Origin: an uncultured Clostridia bacterium
Lineage (GTDB): Bacteria > Bacillota > Clostridia > Christensenellales > Aristaeellaceae
Direction: 5' to 3'
Assembly: GCA_934647235.1 (NCBI GenBank)
Contig: CAKUFG010000006.1
Span: 66,950-98,949 of the forward strand
DNA: 32,000 bases
Numbering within the stretch: the stretch's first letter is position 1; the number at the start of each line of letters is the position of its first letter. The notes beneath the pieces were generated by a model, which searched no databases, was not told the origin of the DNA, and was given only the letters and a program-made list of their open reading frames with translations. Below are positions 9,060 through 15,963 of this stretch, piece by piece. A program made the translations under genes and the position numbers.

Positions 9060-9185
9060 CCCCTCGTGGCACGCTGATCGCAGATCAGCGCGGGCGTGCG
9101 CAGCACGACCAAGGGGGAAAGCAGGAAGCGAACGGAGGAAAGCTTGCTTTCATCCGGGCGGTTCAGGCTTTCACCTGCCACGGGG
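9060..9185. repeat. X module, beta type (copy X3), inverted relative to X1
   Basis: CCCCTCGTGGCA and TGCCACGGGG close the domain. Nearly identical to 31378-31501. Confidence 0.7.
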
Positions 9186-9301
9186 CGGGTGGCCAGGGCC
9201 ACACCCAGTTTTATTCAATTGACTTTCACGTCGCACGCAGCTTTCTTTGGTACTTTCTTGGGCTCCAAGAAAGTACCGTTTTCCTCGTCCCCCTCGTCCC
9301 C

Positions 9302-10312
9302 TTATCTCCGGTTCTTGCGGTTGTACCTGGCAATTTGCTTCATTTTTTCATGCTTGGCGGCCAGCTGCGCCGCGCGGTCGGATTCCGCCGTCAGCGCCTG
9401 ATAGCGCTGCCATAGCCCCGCGTCCAGCGCGCCGCTTGCCAGCGCGGCGCGCACGGCGCAGCCCGGCTCGCAGGTGTGGGTGCAGTTGGAAAAGCGGCAG
9501 CGGCCGATCAGCTCCTCCACCGGCGCAAAGCTGTCGCGCAGCCCCTCACGGGCGAAAAGCAGCCCCATCTCGCGCATGCCGGGGGTGTCGATAATCATCG
9601 CGCCGCCGGGCAGCATCAGCAGCTGGCGCGCGGTGGTGGTGTGCCGCCCCTTGCCATCCTGGGCGCGGATGGCGGCGGTTGCCTGCGCATCCTGTCCCAG
9701 CAGGGCATTGATCAGGCTGGATTTGCCCACGCCCGAGCTGCCTAAGATCACCAGCGTGCGGCCGGGGGCCAGATAGGGCACAAGCCCCGCCATGCCCGCG
9801 CCCGTGGCGGCCGATACCGCCAGCGCCGGGACGTCGGGAAAGCGCTGCTGCACGGCGGCCAGATAGGGCTGGGCATCGGCGCACAGATCGGCCTTGGTCA
9901 GCAGGATCACCGGCGCGCCCCCGCTCTGCAGGGCCAGCGCCAGCGTGCGCTCCAGCCGCGGCAGGTTAAAATCCTGATTGAGCGATTGCGCAATCAGCAC
10001 GGTGTCAAAATTGGCCGCCACGGCCTGGGCCACGCGCCCCGGCGTGGGATCGCGGCGCGCAAAGCAGCTGCGGCGCGGCAGGGTGCGCACAATGGCGCTG
10101 TCGCCCGCCTGCTGCCAGGCAAGCAGCACAAAATCGCCCACGGTGGGAAACGTCTCGCCGCCGTAGTAGTACGCGCCGCCGCGCAGGGTGGCAAAGCCCG
10201 CGCCCGCATCGCACACAATCTGATAGCGGCCGCGATGCTCGCCTACAACGCGCGCGGCCAGGCAGGGGGAGTAGTCGTTGGGGTCGGTATACCCATAAGC
10301 TGAGATATGCAA
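9302..10312 (-). CDS. rsgA: Ribosome small-subunit-dependent GTPase A
   Basis: Circularly permuted GTPase motifs (TKAD, GSSGVGKSS, DTPG) and a C-terminal zinc knuckle (CRFSNCTHTCEPGC). TTG at 10312 lies 8 nt after GGAGG and is preferred. The listed start at 10351 is also TTG. Confidence 0.85.
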   Translation of the reverse strand: MHISAYGYTDPNDYSPCLAARVVGEHRGRYQIVCDAGAGFATLRGGAYYYGGETFPTVGDFVLLAWQQAGDSAIVRTLPRRSCFARRDPTPGRVAQAVAANFDTVLIAQSLNQDFNLPRLERTLALALQSGGAPVILLTKADLCADAQPYLAAVQQRFPDVPALAVSAATGAGMAGLVPYLAPGRTLVILGSSGVGKSSLINALLGQDAQATAAIRAQDGKGRHTTTARQLLMLPGGAMIIDTPGMREMGLLFAREGLRDSFAPVEELIGRCRFSNCTHTCEPGCAVRAALASGALDAGLWQRYQALTAESDRAAQLAAKHEKMKQIARYNRKNRR

Positions 10313-10527
10313 TTGTGATTCCTCCAAGTCAAAAACAGCAAAACGCCGCAAGAACCGCAGCGGTCCTCACGGCGTGAAGAAGCGTTCTGCGGGCGCAAAT
10401 GGATGCAGCAAACAAGGCGAACGCGCAGCGCAGTTCGCACTCTTCGGTTACATAGCGACTAAGCGCCTTACAGAACCGACATCCATTGCCCCTTTCGCGC
10501 TTCCCTTGGGGGAAGCATTATAGATAT

Positions 10528-10556
10528 AGTATAGCACCCCTTGCCGCAAAAAGCAA
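10528..10556 (-). promoter_or_regulatory. Candidate extended -10 promoter for rsgA
   Basis: On the minus strand: TTGCTT, 17 nt, with TGC directly preceding TATACT. Confidence 0.5.
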
Positions 10557-10626
10557 CGCCAAATATAAAACGGCCGGTTTTAGCGGCTTTTTGCGCAAAT
10601 TTGCCCCCCTTTTGCGCCAAAACCGC

Positions 10627-10655
10627 TTGTACAATCGATAAAGATGGTATATAAT
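10627..10655 (+). promoter_or_regulatory. Candidate sigma-70-type promoter for pgk
   Basis: TTGTAC (10627-10632), 17 nt, TATAAT (10650-10655). It sits about 70 nt upstream of the pgk ATG. Confidence 0.6.
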
Positions 10656-10725
10656 GGACGATGTGTGCGGGCCTTTGCCCGTCTCAAGCTGACGCCCCAA
10701 TTTTCCAGCAAAAAGGAGAATGATT

Positions 10726-12021
10726 ATGAAAAAGACCATCGAAGACGTAAACGTACAGGGCAAAAAAGTGCTTGTCCGCGTGGACTTCAACGTGCCCATG
10801 GACAAGGAAACCGGCACCAAGATCACCGATGAAAACCGCATCATCGGCGCGCTGCCTACCATCCAGTATCTGCTCAGCCACGGCGCGGCCGTGATCCTGT
10901 GCTCCCATATGGGCAAGCCCCACAATGTGCTGAACGCCAAGCTCAAGCTGAACAAGAAGGAGCTGGCCAAGATTGCCGACCTGCCCGCCGAGGAGCAGGA
11001 GGCCGCCACCGAGAAGGCCCTCAAGAAGGCCGCTCAGGATGTGACCAAGCTGTCCCTGGCTCCCGTGGCCAAGCGCCTGGGCGAGCTGCTGGGCCAGGAA
11101 GTGATCATGGCCAAGGACGTAATCGGCGAAGACGCCAAGGCCAAGGCCGCCGCGCTGCAGCCCGGCCAGGTGCTGCTGCTGGAAAACCTGCGCTTCCATG
11201 CTGAAGAAGAGAAGAACGATCCCGACTTCGCCAAGGCGCTGGCTTCCTATGCCGATCTGTATGTAAACGACGCCTTCGGCACCGCGCACCGCGCGCATGC
11301 CTCCACCGCCGGCGTGGCCGCCTATCTGCCCGCCGTTTCCGGCTACCTGATTGAAAAAGAGCTCAAGTTCCTGGGCAGCGCCGTGGATAACCCCGCCCGT
11401 CCCTTCGTGGCCATCCTGGGCGGCGCCAAGGTTTCCTCCAAGATCGGCGTGATCACCAACCTGATCGACAAGTGCGACGCGCTGATCATCGGCGGCGGCA
11501 TGGCTTACACCTTCGTCAAGGCCATGGGCGGCAGCATCGGCAACAGCCTGCTGGAAGAGGACAAGCTGGATCTGTCCCGCGAGATCATGGAAAAGGCCAA
11601 GGCCAAGGGCATCAAGTTCCTGCTGCCCATCGACACCGTGTGCGCCGACAGCTTCTCCAACGACGCCAACACCCAGGTGGTGCCCGTCAGCGAGATTCCC
11701 GATGGCTGGGAGGGCATGGACATCGGCCCCAAGACCCAGGCGCTCTTTGCCGAGACCATCAAGAACGCCAAGACCGTTGTCTGGAACGGCCCCATGGGCG
11801 TGTTCGAGTTCCCCAATTTCGCCAAGGGCACCATCGCTGTGGCGCAGGCCATGGCGGATTCTGACGCTGTGACCATCGTTGGCGGCGGCGACAGCGCGGC
11901 GGCCGTGACCCAGCTGGGTTTCGCGGACAAGATCGATCACATCTCCACCGGCGGCGGCGCGAGCCTGGAGTTCCTGGAAGGCAAGACCCTGCCCGGCGTT
12001 GCGGCCCTGAACGATAAGTAA
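10726..12021 (+). CDS. pgk: Phosphoglycerate kinase (with an extra N-domain segment of about 36 aa)
   Basis: Strongly Pgk-like throughout ([44 protein letters not shown]). ATG at 10726 lies 6 nt after AGGAGA. Confidence 0.95.
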   Translation: MKKTIEDVNVQGKKVLVRVDFNVPMDKETGTKITDENRIIGALPTIQYLLSHGAAVILCSHMGKPHNVLNAKLKLNKKELAKIADLPAEEQEAATEKALKKAAQDVTKLSLAPVAKRLGELLGQEVIMAKDVIGEDAKAKAAALQPGQVLLLENLRFHAEEEKNDPDFAKALASYADLYVNDAFGTAHRAHASTAGVAAYLPAVSGYLIEKELKFLGSAVDNPARPFVAILGGAKVSSKIGVITNLIDKCDALIIGGGMAYTFVKAMGGSIGNSLLEEDKLDLSREIMEKAKAKGIKFLLPIDTVCADSFSNDANTQVVPVSEIPDGWEGMDIGPKTQALFAETIKNAKTVVWNGPMGVFEFPNFAKGTIAVAQAMADSDAVTIVGGGDSAAAVTQLGFADKIDHISTGGGASLEFLEGKTLPGVAALNDK

Positions 12022-12252
12022 GATACGAAAAGGGACGAGGGGAACGAGGAAACGGGGGAAACGTTACTTTCTTCAGTCATAGCGCCGCCGCAGGCGGCTG
12101 AGGGCGCGCAATTTTGCAAATTGCCGCCCGAAACCCGCGCTTGCCGCAAGGCAGTAGCGCGGGGCGTACAAGGAAAGTAACAAAGAACCTGTGTGTGACG
12201 TAAAAGTCAAGCTGATAAAACTGGGAGTGGCCCTGTCCACCTGCTGCCCCAC

Positions 12253-12372
12253 CCCCGTGGCAGGGAAAATTCGCGTGTCCGGATCGGCGCAAGCGCCATC
12301 CGTTCACTTGAATATTTCCCCTATGGCCTGGCTTCGCCAGCCCGCGCCGATTAAAATCGGCGTGCCACGGGG
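12253..12372. repeat. X module, alpha type (copy X2)
   Basis: CCCCGTGGCA (12253-12262) and TGCCACGGGG (12363-12372) close the domain. It shares the hairpin CGCCGATTAAAATCGGCG with X1. Confidence 0.7.
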
Positions 12373-12477
12373 CATGTTGGTTGATTGCGAAAACTCTGCG
12401 CGGCGATTAGCGGCTGTTGGAAAACGCACTCACCAAAAGGCTTCTCCTTGAGGAGAAGCTGTCAGCGAGAACTGACT

Positions 12478-12554
12478 GATGAGGTGTAGGCTGCGCAGCA
12501 GCCGTTAGCAAAGCTATATAGAGGATAACGCCGCAGCGGCGGCTACACCTCATC
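12478..12554. repeat. Y module (copy Y-B)
   Basis: GATGAGGTGTAG and CTACACCTCATC close three hairpins. Confidence 0.7.
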
Positions 12555-12777
12555 CGCTTCACTGCGTTCAGCACCTTCCCCTCGGAGGGGAAGGCTTCCG
12601 TAGGCTGTGCCAATGCAGCAGCATACCTTCGCCACTTGCAAAGCGCACGACTATAAAAGCCTTCTCCTAAACGGGAGAAGGTGTCGAGCGCACCGCGAGA
12701 CGGATGAGGGGGTTCCCTCAAACGTTCCCCATTCATCCCCTCCCCATCCTTAATTAGCAGTAAAAGGAGATAAAACA

Positions 12778-13530
12778 ATGCGTACTCCCATTATCGCTGG
12801 CAACTGGAAAATGAACAAGACCCCTGCCGAGGCGACCCAGCTGATCCAGGAGCTCAAGCCCCTGGTGAAGGACGCCAAGAGCACCGTGGTTGTGTGCGTG
12901 CCCGCCCTGTGCGTGCATGCCGCCAAGCAGGCCGCCCGCGGCAGCAAGATCAAGGTGGGCGTGCAGAACATGCACTGGGCTGCCTCCGGCGCCTACACGG
13001 GCGAGCTGTCCGCCGATATGTGCAAGGCTTGCGGCGTGGACTATGTGATCGTAGGCCACAGCGAGCGCCGTCAGTACTTTGGCGAAACCGACGAGACCGT
13101 CAACAAGCGCGCGCTGGCCGTGGTTCGCGCGGGCATGACCCCCATCATCTGCGTGGGTGAGCGCAAGGAGCAGCGCGAAGCCGGCTACACCGACGCGCTG
13201 GTGGAGTATCAGACCCTGATCGCCCTGACCGGCATGACCCCGGACGAGGTGAAGAAGGTTGTCATCGCTTACGAGCCCGTATGGGCCATCGGCACGGGCC
13301 TGACCGCCACGGACGAGCAGGCCAACGAGACCATCGGCGTCATCCGCGCCGCGCTGGCCCGCAAGTATGGCAAGCGCGTGGCAGACAAGGTGCGCATTCA
13401 GTACGGCGGCAGCATGAAGCCCTCCAACGTGGACGGCCTGATGAAGCAGCCCGAAATCGACGGCGGCCTGATCGGCGGCGCGTCCCTGAAGGCAGAGGAT
13501 TTCGCCCGCATCGTCAACTATCAAGAATAA
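12778..13530 (+). CDS. tpiA: Triosephosphate isomerase
   Basis: Canonical TIM motifs (IAGNWKMN, VGHSERR, AYEPVWAIGTG, YGGS). AAAAGGAGA RBS. Confidence 0.95.
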   Translation: MRTPIIAGNWKMNKTPAEATQLIQELKPLVKDAKSTVVVCVPALCVHAAKQAARGSKIKVGVQNMHWAASGAYTGELSADMCKACGVDYVIVGHSERRQYFGETDETVNKRALAVVRAGMTPIICVGERKEQREAGYTDALVEYQTLIALTGMTPDEVKKVVIAYEPVWAIGTGLTATDEQANETIGVIRAALARKYGKRVADKVRIQYGGSMKPSNVDGLMKQPEIDGGLIGGASLKAEDFARIVNYQE

Positions 13531-13543
13531 TCCGAGGTAAAGC

Positions 13544-13834
13544 ATGGAATTAACCGGAAAACAGCGCGCCAGGCTGCGCAGCATGGCCAACACCCTGCCC
13601 GTGGTGCTCTATATCGGCAAGGACGGCGTGACCGACGCAACCGTCAAGGAAGCGTACGATGCGCTGCAGGCGCGTGAGCTGATTAAGTGCTCGCTGATGG
13701 ACAGCGCGCCCCTGGATGTGCGCGAGGCCTGCGGCCTGCTATGCGACCGTCTGGGCGCATCCCCGGTGCAGTGCATCGGCCGGCGGTTCACCATTTTCCG
13801 CCGCAATGAGGACGAGCCCAAGATCGAGCTGTAA
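13544..13834 (+). CDS. yhbY: YhbY-like CRM-domain RNA-binding protein (ribosome assembly)
   Basis: 96 aa, with LTGKQRARLRSMANTLPVVLYIGKDGVT typical of the YhbY/CRS1 family. Confidence 0.85.
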   Translation: MELTGKQRARLRSMANTLPVVLYIGKDGVTDATVKEAYDALQARELIKCSLMDSAPLDVREACGLLCDRLGASPVQCIGRRFTIFRRNEDEPKIEL

Positions 13835-13849
13835 TCAATCCAACAATAA

Positions 13850-13893
13850 CCGCGCCCCCGTATCCAAGCAGGATGCGAGGGCGCGGGTTTTTT
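13850..13893 (+). terminator. Rho-independent terminator ending the pgk-tpiA-yhbY unit
   Basis: CCGCGCCC (13850-13857) pairs with GGGCGCGG (13879-13886), with extra inner pairing. A run of six T follows (13888-13893). Confidence 0.85.
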
Positions 13894-14151
13894 ATATGAA
13901 ATGCGCTATGCTTCAGGACAGAGAATCGGGTAAGATACATGTGGATTTTTATTGGTGAAATTTATAACTCTATAGCCGTTTTTAGTTTTAGGCAGGAAAA
14001 TGATTTGGAAAAACAGAACGAAGCAAAGGTTATGCTGCGGCATCAGCGATTGAAAGCCGCATATATGCAGACGCAGTGAAGCTGGACAAAGCAAATGCAA
14101 TGTGTTATTTTTTCTATGCTCAGGTACGCAAGTTAAGGGAGGCTGCATATC

Positions 14152-15903
14152 GTGGAAGGCCAGAAGAGAAGCATAAGGCGAGAGATTACGATTGCAATTT
14201 TAATCAGCGCGGCCATACAGCTTATTTTGGTTTGGATGCTGTTTTTGCTGCACTACGTAAATGCAGCAGCGATGGTTCAGCGTTATGTGATTGCGGACAC
14301 ACAAAAGAGCATGGCGCAAATGGATGCTTATCTAAAGCAGCAGATGAACACAGTGGTGGAACTGTCGTACAGCAATTTTATAGAAGCATATGCGAAAGCG
14401 ACGCATGCAAGACGATATGAAACATACCCTTATATTTCACAGGCGTTATACGAAATGCTCCTGGATCAGCAAACCGTTGGGTGTACGCTGCTCTTTGAGA
14501 ATGATACATCGCTGCGCATCGGCATAGGAGTGACTGATTATCTGCTGAAGGATGCAAGAAGCATTGGCGGATTTCAGCATTGGAGCGGGCAGAAGCGATC
14601 CTTACTTTTGTGGTCTGCACCGATCTATGGAAACGAACTGCTGCTGCAGAGACGGGGAGATTTCTGGATCGTTTTTGACATGGATGCATTGATGAAAAAG
14701 TACTTTGGCGCTGTTTCTGCCTGCTTCAGCGGGAAAGAATTGATTGGCTGCTCCTATGACCCGCAAAAGCTGGATCCGTTTGAAAATAAGGCTGCCGCGT
14801 CTTTTTTGCAAGGTGAAACCGGCACGGTTCATATTGATGGAGACGTATATGTTTATGCGCATTCTGTCAGCAGCGTTTTGGACTGTGATGTGCTTGCGCT
14901 GTATAAAGAAGCGGATATGATCAAGACGGATTCCGGGTTTTTGATGTCCTGTGCCCTATTCAGCTTGATTATCTGCGGGATTTCCAGCCTTGTGCTGTTT
15001 TCGCTGCAAACCAGGGTCAGCGCTCCAATCAATGGCCTGTGCAGTCAGGTAAGGGGGATCAGAAACGGCAGCCAGAAGAAAATTGGTGAAAGCGACGGCA
15101 GCTTTACTGAACTGGACTACCTGACGGATGAGATCAACAAGCTGCTGGATACACTGGCGGAACAAGCGATTGTCGAAAACCAGCTGCAGCAAAACCTGCT
15201 GGCATCGCGCACACATTATATGCAGGAACAGGCATTGCGCATGCAGACACAGATTAATCCGCACTTCCTGTACAACAACCTGGAATGCATCCGGGGAATG
15301 GCGCGGGATGGCGCATGGGATATAATTTGCCGGATGAGTACATCGATGGCGCGCATTTATGCCTATGCGGCCCGCCGCAGTGCATTGACAGCTGCGCTGC
15401 GGGAGGAGCTGCAGTGTGTAAAAGAATATGAAACCATTATCGAATTGCGTTATGACGGACAGTTCCGCTTTGAATGCGCTATCGCGCCGGAATGTCTGGA
15501 TATGCAGCTGCCTCGAATGACTCTGCAGCCTGTATGCGAGAACAGCGTTATCCATGGCAGAAGAATGGATGGCACCCAGCAGGTTATACGAATAGCGGCG
15601 TGCGTGCAGGGTGAGTATATGGAGCTGACGGTGTGCGATAATGGCAGGGGAATACCGCAAAAACGCATGGAAGAGCTGAACGAAGAAATATACCAATGGC
15701 GCGAGAAAAAAGGAGAAAAGCTGTATGAGGACCGCATAGGGCTGATTAATATCAGCCAGCGTTTGTTTATCCTTTATGGCAAAAACAGCAGCATTCACAT
15801 GGAACAAGACCAGGATAACGGGACGCTGACGCGCATCCGAATTCCCAAGCGCCTGCAGGAGACATCCACGCAGACACCCGATGAGAATACACAAAATCGC
15901 TGA
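14152..15903 (+). CDS. Sensor histidine kinase, YesM/LytS-type (His_kinase + HATPase_c)
   Basis: GTG start 9 nt after AAGGGAGG. Two TM segments flank an extracytoplasmic domain of about 230 aa. Motifs QINPHFLYNNLECI and CDNGRGIP are present. Confidence 0.85.
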   Translation: MEGQKRSIRREITIAILISAAIQLILVWMLFLLHYVNAAAMVQRYVIADTQKSMAQMDAYLKQQMNTVVELSYSNFIEAYAKATHARRYETYPYISQALYEMLLDQQTVGCTLLFENDTSLRIGIGVTDYLLKDARSIGGFQHWSGQKRSLLLWSAPIYGNELLLQRRGDFWIVFDMDALMKKYFGAVSACFSGKELIGCSYDPQKLDPFENKAAASFLQGETGTVHIDGDVYVYAHSVSSVLDCDVLALYKEADMIKTDSGFLMSCALFSLIICGISSLVLFSLQTRVSAPINGLCSQVRGIRNGSQKKIGESDGSFTELDYLTDEINKLLDTLAEQAIVENQLQQNLLASRTHYMQEQALRMQTQINPHFLYNNLECIRGMARDGAWDIICRMSTSMARIYAYAARRSALTAALREELQCVKEYETIIELRYDGQFRFECAIAPECLDMQLPRMTLQPVCENSVIHGRRMDGTQQVIRIAACVQGEYMELTVCDNGRGIPQKRMEELNEEIYQWREKKGEKLYEDRIGLINISQRLFILYGKNSSIHMEQDQDNGTLTRIRIPKRLQETSTQTPDENTQNR

Positions 15904-15963
15904 AGATGTCCATTTTTCTGCCAGATTAAGCATGATATAATGCGAAAAAAGGAGGCTGATCTC

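Larger units (their letters stand above)
8541..9301. repeat. Mosaic structured element, copy A (T arm + X-alpha + Y unit + inverted X-beta + T arm)
   Basis: The two ends are inverted repeats of about 60 nt. The internal modules recur at 12022-12749 and 30777-31634. No conserved ORF. Confidence 0.85.
12022..12749. repeat. Mosaic structured element, copy B, between pgk and tpiA
   Basis: Order of parts: purine arm, T palindrome split by a 92-nt insert, X-alpha, Y unit, W segment, pyrimidine arm AACGTTCCCCATTCATCCCCTCCCCATCC. Confidence 0.85.

Noticed and set aside
8999-9415. ORFs lying inside the repeat elements: 8579-8809, 8625-8894, 8756-8953, 8999-9415, 9011-9202, 9096-9401, 12191-12451, 12407-12778, 30763-31026, 31336-31527, 31406-31657. 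Among them is the apparently conserved 63-aa pair beginning MALAT.
   Set aside because: The peptide similarity only reflects near-identical nucleotides in the beta copies. Where alpha and beta copies diverge, the peptides become unrelated while the base-pairing is preserved. The starts come from a GTG inside a hairpin and there is no RBS.
10352-10520. A small RNA gene (tRNA, 4.5S or 6S) in the rsgA-pgk divergent region
   Set aside because: The region has no tRNA T-arm or D-arm signatures and no SRP motif. The structure is more simply explained as the rsgA 5' leader, so it is reported as a finding with that interpretation.
12478-12554. The Y module as a tRNA or tRNA pseudogene
   Set aside because: It has cloverleaf topology and a length of about 77 nt. 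However, the closing helix is 9-12 bp, arm 1 has a 3-nt loop, the T-like arm has a 4-nt loop with no GTTCRA motif, and the middle arm has a 12-14-nt A/T loop. None of the invariant tRNA positions are present.
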